A stretch of 64,000 nt of DNA from Myxococcota bacterium (GTDB lineage: Bacteria; Myxococcota_A; UBA9160; UBA6930). The stretch covers positions 3,712,001-3,776,000 of the forward strand of contig OZ245002.1 of the NCBI GenBank assembly GCA_965223415.1, given 5' to 3'. The notes under the pieces were generated by a model, which saw nothing but the letters and a program-made list of their open reading frames with translations, was not told the origin of the DNA and did not search any database. Positions 18,441-27,998 of this stretch are shown piece after piece. The position numbers and the translations under genes are program-made. The stretch's first letter is position 1. Every line of letters starts with the position of its first letter.

Positions 18441-20017
18441 GCGCGCCCGCGCGCGCGCAGGACGCGTTCCTGCTCCTCCTGTCCGGCCTCTTCGTGCTCG
18501 TCGCGACGGAGCTCGTCCTGGCCCAGGGTCATACCCTGGCTGCGAACGGACGTTGGGTCGTCACGAAGATGGACCTGGAGCGCGCCGTACCCGGCGCCAC
18601 CGCCGCCTTCCTCACGCGGCCCGCCCTGGCGCGGCATCGCCTCAACCTCGGCGTGTGGCACGCCTTCCAGGAGGTGGTGCAGGTCGAGCCCTGGGATCCG
18701 GATCGGGTGGGCTACTCCGTCTCCTTGTCCGACGAGGAGTACGTGGCCATGACGCTTCGGGCCGGCGTGCGCGCCCAGCCGGAGGCGCCGTTGGTGGGGC
18801 TTCGCGTCAGCCGCCACCCGGACTTTCCCTCGATGTGTCTGCGCGGTGACGCCTCGGGTCGCTTCGCGGAGCGGGCGCCGCTTCCTCCCCGCGAGCTCGC
18901 CGCCGGCTGGCATCGGCTCGACGTGGAGCGGACGCGGGACGGGCTCGCGGTGTCGATCGACGGCGCGCCCTGGGGCCGCTGCTCGATGGCGCTCCCGGGG
19001 CCGGTGCACATGGGCTTCCGGACGGGTCGCGGCAAGCGCGCAGCCGTCGACGACATCGTGCTGAGCCGCCACGGAGAGGTTCTGAGCCAGGAGGGCTTCC
19101 GCCCGGCCGGCTGGCGGCGGGTCGCGGTCGGGGTCGGTGCGGGGACCGGCCTCTCGATCGCGCTGCTGGCTCTCGCTTCGACGTGGCTGGGAGGCGCTTC
19201 GGGGCGCGAGACGCGGCTGCGGCTCCTGACGGCGGTCGGCACCGTGCTCGCGATCGCGACGCTCGTCTGCGCCGTAGACCACTTCGTACTGTCCCGGCGC
19301 CACCCGGAGCGCGTCGACTTCCGCCACTTCGAGAGCCGCATCGCGACGGAGCAGGACGTGCTGGATCGAATCGACGCGCGCTCCCGCGAGCCGCTGGCTC
19401 CGGACGCCCGGCGGATCCTCTTCCTCGGCTCCTCCCAGACCTGGGGCGCAGGCGCGCGCCTCGACGCGGACCGCTGGACGGCGCGGGTCGCGGCCGCCCT
19501 GCGACGCTCCGGGCCCGATCACGGAAGCGAGCTCGACCTGGACGTGATCGAGGCCGGCGTGCCCGGCTCCCACAGCGGGCGTCTCGTGGAGCTCTTCCTC
19601 GAGCGATGGATCGGCCTCGATCCGGAGGTGGTCGTCGTCCTGCTCGCGAACAACGACCACGATCCCGCCGTTCTCACGGCGAACCTGAGCCGGCTGGTCG
19701 AGGCGAGCCGGCGCGCGGGGATCCGCGTCCTCTTCCTGCTCGAGCCGAACACCATCGAGGGCGCCAAGAGTCTCGCCAAGCTGCGCCGACGACACGACGC
19801 GATGCGGGCGCTGGGAGAGGAGCTGGCCGTGCCCGTGATCGACCTCCAAGCGTGGCTGAGCGCGCGCCACGACCAGGGCTTCCTGTGGTGGGATCGCGTC
19901 CATCTCACCTCTTTCGGCCAGGAGCTCTTCGCCGAAGGCGTCCTGCAGCATCGCGACCTGCTGCTCGGCGGCCGATTCAGCGCTGCCCGACGCCAAGCTC
20001 CCGAGCCGGGTCGCTGA
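18437..20017 (+). CDS. Membrane-anchored SGNH/GDSL hydrolase-domain protein
   Basis: FLGSSQTWG, AGVPG, ANND, DRVH blocks; ATGA coupling. Confidence 0.75.
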   Translation: MSAPARAQDAFLLLLSGLFVLVATELVLAQGHTLAANGRWVVTKMDLERAVPGATAAFLTRPALARHRLNLGVWHAFQEVVQVEPWDPDRVGYSVSLSDEEYVAMTLRAGVRAQPEAPLVGLRVSRHPDFPSMCLRGDASGRFAERAPLPPRELAAGWHRLDVERTRDGLAVSIDGAPWGRCSMALPGPVHMGFRTGRGKRAAVDDIVLSRHGEVLSQEGFRPAGWRRVAVGVGAGTGLSIALLALASTWLGGASGRETRLRLLTAVGTVLAIATLVCAVDHFVLSRRHPERVDFRHFESRIATEQDVLDRIDARSREPLAPDARRILFLGSSQTWGAGARLDADRWTARVAAALRRSGPDHGSELDLDVIEAGVPGSHSGRLVELFLERWIGLDPEVVVVLLANNDHDPAVLTANLSRLVEASRRAGIRVLFLLEPNTIEGAKSLAKLRRRHDAMRALGEELAVPVIDLQAWLSARHDQGFLWWDRVHLTSFGQELFAEGVLQHRDLLLGGRFSAARRQAPEPGR

Positions 20018-21146
20018 GCCACGCCGCAAGCCGCTCCGCCACCCGCGCATGCCCGGCCGGCGTCCAGTGGCCGTCCTCCGGGTAGAAGGCGCTCGCCCGC
20101 TCGTCCTCGCCGAACAGCTCCGCCGAGTCCAGGCAGGCGGGGCCGGCGGCGGCGCAGTCGGCGTGGAGGGCCTCGAGGACGCCGGGCTCGTAGGCGCGGG
20201 TGTCGTCGAAGCTCACCAGCAGCCGGAGGATGGGCGCACCCAGCGAGCGGGCGCGCGCCTCGATCGCCGCGCGCAGGTGCCGGTGGTAGAGGAGCCGCAG
20301 CTCGGCGCTCGTCCCGAGGCCCTGCTGCAGCTCCGCGGCGGTGAGCTCCCCCAGGCGGCGGCCCTCCAGGACGGCCTCGGCGCCGACGTTCGCCTCGGCC
20401 GCCTGCTCCCGCCGGTAGCGGAGGTAGAGCTTGGTGAGGCGGAAGCGCAGCGCGTTCCACAGGTAGGAGTGCCCGCGCAGCCAGCCCTCTCCCGGAAACG
20501 CCAGGCCGGGCACACCGTCCACGGTTCGCAGGCGCCCGCGGTGGTCGACCATGCGGTGGGTCGAGCGGGCGCGGGTCGGCAGGAGGTCCTCGTCGAGCTG
20601 GAGCTCCTTCCAGCGCAGGTCGTCCGGGTCGTTCTCGGTCTCGGCCAAGAGCACCAGGTGCGGCGCCAGCTCCTGACCGCGCTGCGAGAGCAGGATCAGC
20701 TGGTCGTCGGCGCTCCAGCCCGGCACGCCGGTGTTCCACACCTCCAGGGGGCCGGCGCCCGTGCGAAGGGTCTGCTCGAGGCGGGCGCCGAAAGTCTCCT
20801 CGTACTCGACGCCCCAGCCGAAGGCGAAGGAATCGCCCAGCAGCAGGATGCGAGGGCGCTCCGCCGTCTGTCCCGGCGTCGCTGGCGCCGTCCGCTCGGG
20901 TCCCCGCAGGCCCAGCTCGTTCACGTCGACCTGCACCTGGAAGTTCGCCGTGGCATGGACGGCGCTCGCGCCCTCCCGCAGGGCGTAGGGGAGGGCCGCG
21001 TCCGGTCGGAACGGATTGAAGCGGTAGGCGACGCCGTCGTCCTCGGTCTTGATGCCGCTCAGGTCCGGGAGGGCGCGAAACAGCGCCTCGGCCGCCAATA
21101 GGCTGACAACGGTCGACACCAGGACGAGCAGCAGCTTGCCGAGCAC
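19977..21146 (-). CDS. SGNH/GDSL hydrolase-family protein
   Basis: N-terminal TM, LLGDSFAFG, NTGVPG, END, DGHW. Confidence 0.8.
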   Translation of the reverse strand: MLGKLLLVLVSTVVSLLAAEALFRALPDLSGIKTEDDGVAYRFNPFRPDAALPYALREGASAVHATANFQVQVDVNELGLRGPERTAPATPGQTAERPRILLLGDSFAFGWGVEYEETFGARLEQTLRTGAGPLEVWNTGVPGWSADDQLILLSQRGQELAPHLVLLAETENDPDDLRWKELQLDEDLLPTRARSTHRMVDHRGRLRTVDGVPGLAFPGEGWLRGHSYLWNALRFRLTKLYLRYRREQAAEANVGAEAVLEGRRLGELTAAELQQGLGTSAELRLLYHRHLRAAIEARARSLGAPILRLLVSFDDTRAYEPGVLEALHADCAAAGPACLDSAELFGEDERASAFYPEDGHWTPAGHARVAERLAAWLSDPARELGVGQR

Positions 21147-21158
21147 GGAGGAGCCGGG

Positions 21159-21773
21159 CTAGAGCAAGGCGAAGAGCATCAGCGCGCTGCCGAGCCCGAG
21201 CCCGCCGGCGCGGCGCAGCTTGTCGCCGGTGATCCCGCGGAGCGCTTCCGCACCGGGAACGCCGGTGAAGGCGCGCAGGATCACGGGCAGCTCCACCGTC
21301 GTCGCGAAGACGGCGAAGCCCACGCCGCCGCACTGCAGGGCCACCTGCCCGGGCGTCTCCCCCGGCAGGAGCGCGAACCAGGCCAGCGCCGCCGCCCAGT
21401 GGGCCAGGTTCCCGCCGACGCTCATGGCGCGGAAGTGCTCTTCCCCGCTGCGGGCGAAGTCGTAGACGAACAGCGGCACCAGGTTCCGGGCCGGTGCGAT
21501 GGGCGCCGTGCCGCCGGTCAGGCGCGCGCCGGCGAAGTGGCCCCACTCGTGGGCCAGGGACGTCACGCCTGCACCGACGAGCAGGCCGCCCAGCACCGAG
21601 AGCACGGCGCCGAAGACGCTCCCGGTGGCGAGGGTCCAGGCGTCGGCGCCGCCCCAGATCGAGAGCAGGGCCAGGGCGATGGCGACGTCCCGCAGCGCGA
21701 CGGTAGAGAGGGAGGAAGCGTCGGCGGGCGCGGCGTCCTGGGACGCCTCGGCCTCCTGCGTAGTGGCGGTCAT
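21159..21773 (-). CDS. Membrane protein with HExxH motif (M50-like)
   Basis: LAHEWGH within a TM-rich sequence. Confidence 0.55.
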   Translation of the reverse strand: MTATTQEAEASQDAAPADASSLSTVALRDVAIALALLSIWGGADAWTLATGSVFGAVLSVLGGLLVGAGVTSLAHEWGHFAGARLTGGTAPIAPARNLVPLFVYDFARSGEEHFRAMSVGGNLAHWAAALAWFALLPGETPGQVALQCGGVGFAVFATTVELPVILRAFTGVPGAEALRGITGDKLRRAGGLGLGSALMLFALL

Positions 21774-21791
21774 GGGGTCCTCACGGCTCGG

Positions 21792-23045
21792 TCAGTGGGC
21801 GGAAGGCGGCGGTGCCTGTCCCTTCTTCGCGTACAGGGCCTTGCGCAGCGTGGGGCTGGTCACGCCCTCGGGAATCTCGGTGAGGGGCTCGGCCACGTCC
21901 TTCGGCATCACCGCCGCGCGGGCCGCGTGGGGCCGGAGCTTCTCGAGATCGAAGGCGTAGAAGGCCGCGGCGTTGCCGCCGAGGAGCCCGCGCACCTCCG
22001 CCTCCTCGAGCCCGGCGTGGGCCAGGCGCATGGCGTAGCGCGAGAACGGGAAGCTCCCCTCGTAGTGCGGGTAGTCATTCCCCCAGCACACCTTGTCGAT
22101 GCCGACCTCGTAGCGCCCCTCGATCTCGCTCTGGCCGGGGAAGCTGGTGCCGTACCAGCAGTTGCGCTTGGCGTAGAAGCTCGGCGGCTCGGGCAGGGCC
22201 TGTACCTGCGAGTAGTCCATCTCCCCCATCATGCCCGCCTGGATGCCCTCGTGGATCCTGTCCATGCGCTGGAGCAGCTCCGGCACCCACTGGCAGCCGG
22301 CCTCGGTGAGGATGTAGCGGAGCTTCGGGAAGCGCTCGAAGACGCCGCCCCAGATCAGCGACTTGATCCCGCGCTGGGAGAAGAAGCCCACCTCCTGGAT
22401 CCACAGCGGGTGGGCCGCCGGGTAGGGGCCGTAGTCCGGCGCGCCGATGCCCGAGTGCTGGTTCACCGGCATGTCGAGGTCCTGGATCACCGTCCACAGC
22501 CGGTCGTACTCCGGCGCGTAGAGCGGAAGGAGATCGGCCCGGTCGTCCGGTGGCTGCGGCAGCAGCACGCCGCCGCGCAGCCCGTGCTCGGCGATCCACC
22601 GGACGTCCTCGATGGCGTCGTCGATGTCGTTCAGGTGGATGAGCCCGATGCCCGCGCGCCGCTCCGGCGCCACCGCGCAGAAATCGACCAGCCAGCGGTT
22701 GTGGGCGCGGGTGCCCGCTCGCCACAGCTCGTACTGCTCGGCGGTGGGCGGGGCGCAGATGTGGAAGGCCTTCGGGTAGAAGGGGGGCACCGTGTTCGGG
22801 AAGACGACCTCGGCGACCACGCCGTCGGCCTCGAGATCGGCGAAGCGCTCCTCGCTGTCCCAGTTCTTCGTCTTCTTGCCGCCGATGTGCTGCTTCGACG
22901 GGTTCTTGTAGCCGCCCCGCCACTCGTCGAAGCGCTCCCGGAACCGGGGGTCCAGGTACTCGCGATAGGTAGCGAGGTTGGCGCCGGCGTGGGTGTCGGC
23001 CGTGATCACGACGTAGGGCTCGTCGCTGTAGGCGGCGTCGCTCAT
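21792..23045 (-). CDS. Amidohydrolase-2 family protein
   Basis: TADTHA, DGVVAEVVFP, HNRWLVDFC, WGNDYPHYE. Confidence 0.9.
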   Translation of the reverse strand: MSDAAYSDEPYVVITADTHAGANLATYREYLDPRFRERFDEWRGGYKNPSKQHIGGKKTKNWDSEERFADLEADGVVAEVVFPNTVPPFYPKAFHICAPPTAEQYELWRAGTRAHNRWLVDFCAVAPERRAGIGLIHLNDIDDAIEDVRWIAEHGLRGGVLLPQPPDDRADLLPLYAPEYDRLWTVIQDLDMPVNQHSGIGAPDYGPYPAAHPLWIQEVGFFSQRGIKSLIWGGVFERFPKLRYILTEAGCQWVPELLQRMDRIHEGIQAGMMGEMDYSQVQALPEPPSFYAKRNCWYGTSFPGQSEIEGRYEVGIDKVCWGNDYPHYEGSFPFSRYAMRLAHAGLEEAEVRGLLGGNAAAFYAFDLEKLRPHAARAAVMPKDVAEPLTEIPEGVTSPTLRKALYAKKGQAPPPSAH

Positions 23046-23082
23046 GGGCTCCTCCGAGCTTCGCACCCATGGTATCGCGATC

Positions 23083-23577
23083 TCAGAACAGCTCCCGCTG
23101 ACGCGAGCGCTCGTCCACGGCCAGCTCGAAGCTCCGCAGCCAGGCCACGTACTCCTCCGGCAGGCCGTGGTGGCGGGCGCCGGTCAGGAGCAGGCCCAGG
23201 TAGCGGCGGGAGGGCTTGCGGCCGGCCACGCTCCGGGTGGAGTGGTAGGTGAAGGCGTCGAAGGGAGCGCCGTCGCCCTCGGGCACCAGGGCCACGGGGC
23301 GACGCAGGTAGGCGCCCCGGTGCACGCCCTCGGTCCGGTCGAGCCGCGCCGCCTCCGGCACGTCGATGCGGTAGGCGACGCCCCATACCTCGCGTCCCGG
23401 AACCGGGACGACGTTGGCGACGGCCCGCTCGCCGTGTCCGATGGGTAGGTCGAAGCGCAGCTCGTAGGCATCGAGCCGCGCAACCCGCGCTTCGTGCGGG
23501 CGCATTCGTCGCCGGCCCAGGAACGTGCGCGGATCCATGTTCGAGCCGTAGCCGAAGTACCAGACCGTGGCGTCCAC
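23083..23577 (-). CDS. Gamma-glutamylcyclotransferase family protein
   Basis: YFGYGSNM, VWGVAY, LDRTEG, PSRRY. Confidence 0.88.
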   Translation of the reverse strand: MDATVWYFGYGSNMDPRTFLGRRRMRPHEARVARLDAYELRFDLPIGHGERAVANVVPVPGREVWGVAYRIDVPEAARLDRTEGVHRGAYLRRPVALVPEGDGAPFDAFTYHSTRSVAGRKPSRRYLGLLLTGARHHGLPEEYVAWLRSFELAVDERSRQRELF

Positions 23578-23633
23578 CCGGGCCAGCCTACCGCGCCCTT
23601 CCGGCGCCTCCGAGCCGATGGCATACTCCTCCG

Positions 23634-25271
23634 ATGGCGGTCGCCGACGCAGGAACCCGAAAGCCGTGGCTCTACGGCCCCGTTTCCGACCTCCTGCTGG
23701 GCTGTGGCCTGCTCTACGCGGCGCTCTTCCTGGCGCAGGCCGCCTTCGGCGCCAGCTACCGCAACGCCGTGCCCCACGCCGTCCTCCCCCTCATCGTGCT
23801 CCTGCTCGGCCAGCCCCACTACGGCGGTACCCTGGTGAGGATCTACGAGAGCCGCCGCGAGCGCCGCAGCTACGCGATCTTCTCGGTCTGGGCGACCGCG
23901 GCCCTGGTGCTCGCCTTCCTGGCGGGGATCCGCGTGACCTGGATCGGGACGCTGCTGGTCACGGTCTACCTCACCTGGAGCCCCTGGCACTACACGGGCC
24001 AGAACTACGGTGTGGCGGTCATGTTCCTGCGGCGCGCCGGTGTGGACCTCGACGCGGGGACCAAGCGCCTCCTCTACCTCTCCTTCCTGCTCTCCTTCGT
24101 GCTCGTGTTCGGCGTGATGCACCAGACCCTCGGCGTGGCCACGAACCCGCTCTCGCTCTACGGCGGGACGAACATCGAGTTCCAACCCCTCGGGATCCCT
24201 CCGTCGATCATGGCCCTTGCGATGCCGGTCGTGATCGGCGCCTACCTGGTGACGTCGGTGGCCTGGGTCGTGCGGCTCCTGCCCGAGGCTTCGATGCGTG
24301 CCCTCGCGCCGGCGCTGCTGCTCTCGGTGACCCAGGCCCTCTGGTTCTCCCTGCCGACGATCGTGCAGTACGGTGGCTGGGACACGGGCATCGACGTCTT
24401 CCGCCAGGAGTACCGGGCCTACTACTTCACCTTCATCGCCGGGGGACACTCGCTCCAGTACCTATGGGTCACGAGCTACTTCGCCCGGGGCTCCGCGGGC
24501 TGGCAGGGCTTCCCCGTCTACCTCGGGAAGGTCCTTGCGGCGGGCGCTGCGGTCTGGACGATCCCGATGTGGATCGCGTTCGTGGCTGGCGCCGGCCCCT
24601 TCGCTCTCGACGGCGGACTCACGCTGGTGGTGGCCGCGGTGGTGAACATCCACCACTTCGTGCTCGACGGCGCGATCTGGAAGCTGCGCGGACCGATCGC
24701 CGAGCTCCTGGTGCGCGACGTGCCCGAAACGAGTACCAGCCTCGACCGCCCCGCCTCGCCCATCCTTCGCCGCGCGGTCTGGGCCGCCTGCGCCTTCACC
24801 TTCGTCTGGGCCTCCTGGACGCTGGTCGAAGGGGAGCGGGTGGTCGCCGCTCTGAACCGGGGCGAGGCCCACGAGGCCATCGCCCTCCAGGACCGGATGG
24901 CCGCCTGGGGCCGGGACACGGCTCAGGCGCGGGCCGCCGCCGGCCAGCTCCTGATCGCCAAGGGCGAGCCCGAGGCCGGGCGCGCCCAGCTCGAGAAGAG
25001 CCTGGAGCTCTCGGCCAACGTGCTCACCTGGGTGGCCCTCGGTGCGAGCCACGAGCGGGCCGGGGAGTGGGCCGAGGCGGCGGCGGTCTACGAGCGGGCC
25101 ATCGCTGCGGGCAACCAACGCTCGGAGCTCCTCGTCCTGGCGGCCCGTGCCCACCTGCAGGCCGGCGACCCGCGCAGTGCGCGCGATCACGTCGTGCGCG
25201 GGGAGCAGCTCTACCCGGACGACGAATCCTTCGTGCGGCTGCGCCGGCTGGTTCGCCAGCGCGGCTGGTAG
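23634..25271 (+). CDS. Polytopic membrane protein with conserved His motifs and C-terminal TPR-like repeats
   Basis: PHYGGTL, WHYTGQNYG, GHSLQY, IHHFVLDG; helical A/L-rich C-terminus. Confidence 0.65.
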   Translation: MAVADAGTRKPWLYGPVSDLLLGCGLLYAALFLAQAAFGASYRNAVPHAVLPLIVLLLGQPHYGGTLVRIYESRRERRSYAIFSVWATAALVLAFLAGIRVTWIGTLLVTVYLTWSPWHYTGQNYGVAVMFLRRAGVDLDAGTKRLLYLSFLLSFVLVFGVMHQTLGVATNPLSLYGGTNIEFQPLGIPPSIMALAMPVVIGAYLVTSVAWVVRLLPEASMRALAPALLLSVTQALWFSLPTIVQYGGWDTGIDVFRQEYRAYYFTFIAGGHSLQYLWVTSYFARGSAGWQGFPVYLGKVLAAGAAVWTIPMWIAFVAGAGPFALDGGLTLVVAAVVNIHHFVLDGAIWKLRGPIAELLVRDVPETSTSLDRPASPILRRAVWAACAFTFVWASWTLVEGERVVAALNRGEAHEAIALQDRMAAWGRDTAQARAAAGQLLIAKGEPEAGRAQLEKSLELSANVLTWVALGASHERAGEWAEAAAVYERAIAAGNQRSELLVLAARAHLQAGDPRSARDHVVRGEQLYPDDESFVRLRRLVRQRGW

Positions 25272-25273
25272 GC

Positions 25274-27919
25274 TCAGGATTCCGCCGGCGAGCCCGCATC
25301 CTCTTCGAGGATCGGCTCCGCCCGGTCCGGCGCGCCGCGGCCCAGCCAGGCGGGCAGCGCTCCCAGGTTGGCCGCCAGGCTGCAGGCCATGCCGATCACC
25401 AGCACGACGCCGAGGCTGGCGATGCCCCGGTGCCCCGAGCTCGCGAGGCTGCCGAAGCTCGCGAGGGTCGTGAAGCTGCTCAGGAAGACCGCGCGCCCGG
25501 TGGTGCTACTGGCGAGGCGCCGCACCGCCGCCGGCTCTCGTCGCGCCCGGCGCACCAGGTGGATGCCGCTGTCGACGCCCATCCCCAGCAAGAGCGGCAG
25601 CACCACCACGTTCGCGAAGTTGAGGGGCAGGGAGAGGACGCCCAGGATCCCCAGGGTCCAGAGGCCGGCGAGCAGGAGGGGTGCGAGGGCGAGGAGTGCG
25701 TCGAGGGGCCGGCGCCAGATCAGCACGAGCAGGCCGGCGATCACTGCGACGGCGATCCACAGGGCACGCTTCAGCGAAGCGCTGGTCGCCCGCCCGAACT
25801 CCACCAGGTTGACGGGCAGGCCCGTCGCTTCGGGCACCACGGCCTGGACCGCGCTCACGAAGGCGGCGAGCTCCCGATCGTCGCTGAGGTCCCTCGTGGG
25901 GAACACCTGGAGCCGCACGCTGCCGTCCTCGGCGAGCAGGCGCGTGCGCAGCCGCGCCGGCAGCACCTCGAGGCTGACGGGCTCCGCCTCGAGGGCGGCC
26001 TGGAGGCGCGCGAGCTGCTGGGGGAAGCGGCCGAGCAGGCTCTCCTCCAGGCGGGCCAGGGCGGGCCCCGGGTCCTCCTCCCGCCGGACCTGCTCCAGGA
26101 AGGCGTGGAGGCGGTCCCGCAGGGCCGTGGCGCTCGCCGCCAGGCCGCGGGTGCGCCACAGGGGGCTCGCCGCGAGGCTCGCGTGAAGGGAGCGCAGCGC
26201 CTCGATCTGTCGCTCCGCGGCGACGGACGCGGTGGGGCCGGCCGCCGGCACGTCGAGGAAGAGGGCGAGGTCCTCGAGCAGGAAGAGCTTGTCGTCCTGC
26301 TCGCTGGGCACGTAGTCGCCCAGGTGACGGGTCTCGGCGACGAGCGGGAGGGCGCCGAGGGTCGCCGCCAGACGGCGGGCTTCCTCGAAATCGGCGCCGA
26401 GCACGTCCACGTACCAGGGGGAGCCGCGCCCGCTGGCGAGGAGGTCCTCCCAGGTCTGGACCGACTCGGTGTTCGGGTTGCGCATCTTCACCACGTTCGA
26501 GTCGAAGCGGACGCTGCGGGCGGCCGGCACCGCCGCGAGCGTGGCCACGGCGGCGAGGGCGAGCACGAGCCCCGGCGCCGCCGGCGCCCGTCGCACGATC
26601 GAGGGACGCTCCGGCGCGACCGTGCGCAGGGGGATTCCGCGGGTGAGGAGAGCGGGGAAGAGCGAGAGCGTGAGCCCGAAGATGACGAACATCCCGGTGC
26701 CCGAGATGAGGCCCAGCTCCGCCACGCCGCGGTAGTCGGTGGGAACGAAGGAGAAGAAGCCGACCGAGGTGGTGACGGCGCACAGGAGGAGCGCGGGCCC
26801 CACGTCGGCGGTGGCGCCCACGAACGAAGCGGCGTGGTCCTCGCCTGCGCGTCGGCGCTCGAGCACGTGCAGGCCCAGGTGGATGGCGAAGTCCACCCCC
26901 AGGCCGATGAAGAGCACGGCGAAGGCGATCGAGACGACGTTGAGGCGTCCGACGGCGAAGGCAGCGAAGGCCGCACACCAGACCAGTCCGACGATCAGCG
27001 TCGCGGCGGTCGCCAGCACCATGGCCCGCGAGCGGAAGGCCCAGGCCAGGACCAGCAGCACGACCGCGAAGGAGAAGAGGCCCGCGACCCCCACATCGAG
27101 CACGAGGCCGCGCATCTCCTCGTCGTTCAGGGCCGGGTAGCCGGTGATGCGCAGCCGCAGGCCGTCGTCCCTGCCGATGCCGAGCCCTTCGGCGAGAGCG
27201 CGGATCTCGGCCAGGGTGCGACCCGCCGGAAGCAGGGCGTCGAAGTCGAGCACCGGATCGACGACCAGGGTGCTGAGCTGTCCGGTGCGGAAGCTCGACT
27301 CGCGGAGCAACAGGTCCTGCCAGGAGACGCGCAGGGGCCGCTCTTCGTAGACCGCCACCGTCGCGTCGCCGAAGCCGTCGAGCAGCGGCGCAAGCTCGTC
27401 CGGGGCCTCGGCGCGGTCGGCGAGGGCGCGCTCGATCACGCCCCCGAGCGTGGCCAGGTCCGGGCTGCGGGCGAGCTCGCCTAGCACGGGCTGGAAGCGC
27501 ACGAGCTGGTCCGAGAAGTCCTCGAGCTCCTCCACGCTGCGGTAGAGCAGGGCGTGCTTTTCGAAGAACGGGTCCGCATCCGCGGGGTACACCGAGCGGG
27601 CCACGTCCGGGCGCTCGGCCAGGGCGTCGGCCAGGCGGGCCGTGGCCTCGCGGCTGGCGTCCGGCGTTCCCCCGTCGATCACCACCAGCAGCGAGTCGTC
27701 CAGGACCGGGAAGCGCTCCTCGAAGGCCCGGGCGCGCTGCTGGAAGGGCAGGTGCTCCGCCAGCAGGGTGGTCTTGTTGTCCATGTTGACGCCGAGGTGC
27801 GTCGCCGCGTAGGCGCCCAGCACGAGCGTCAGCAGGCCGATCGCCAGGCTCACGGCCCCCGGCCGGCGCAGCACGCCCTCCACCCAGCGCACCAGCAGCC
27901 GCTCCACCCCGCCTCGCAT
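25274..27919 (-). CDS. HpnN-like MMPL/RND transporter
   Basis: FAVLFIGLGVDFAIH and LLLGMGVDSGIH duplicated TM motifs; two periplasmic loops. Confidence 0.85.
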   Translation of the reverse strand: MRGGVERLLVRWVEGVLRRPGAVSLAIGLLTLVLGAYAATHLGVNMDNKTTLLAEHLPFQQRARAFEERFPVLDDSLLVVIDGGTPDASREATARLADALAERPDVARSVYPADADPFFEKHALLYRSVEELEDFSDQLVRFQPVLGELARSPDLATLGGVIERALADRAEAPDELAPLLDGFGDATVAVYEERPLRVSWQDLLLRESSFRTGQLSTLVVDPVLDFDALLPAGRTLAEIRALAEGLGIGRDDGLRLRITGYPALNDEEMRGLVLDVGVAGLFSFAVVLLVLAWAFRSRAMVLATAATLIVGLVWCAAFAAFAVGRLNVVSIAFAVLFIGLGVDFAIHLGLHVLERRRAGEDHAASFVGATADVGPALLLCAVTTSVGFFSFVPTDYRGVAELGLISGTGMFVIFGLTLSLFPALLTRGIPLRTVAPERPSIVRRAPAAPGLVLALAAVATLAAVPAARSVRFDSNVVKMRNPNTESVQTWEDLLASGRGSPWYVDVLGADFEEARRLAATLGALPLVAETRHLGDYVPSEQDDKLFLLEDLALFLDVPAAGPTASVAAERQIEALRSLHASLAASPLWRTRGLAASATALRDRLHAFLEQVRREEDPGPALARLEESLLGRFPQQLARLQAALEAEPVSLEVLPARLRTRLLAEDGSVRLQVFPTRDLSDDRELAAFVSAVQAVVPEATGLPVNLVEFGRATSASLKRALWIAVAVIAGLLVLIWRRPLDALLALAPLLLAGLWTLGILGVLSLPLNFANVVVLPLLLGMGVDSGIHLVRRARREPAAVRRLASSTTGRAVFLSSFTTLASFGSLASSGHRGIASLGVVLVIGMACSLAANLGALPAWLGRGAPDRAEPILEEDAGSPAES

Positions 27920-27998
27920 CGGGTGGGTGAATAGCAACTCGGGCTGGAGGTGCCGTGAAGGCCGTCACCCTCCGGGACCTGGCGGTCCCCGGAGGCCG

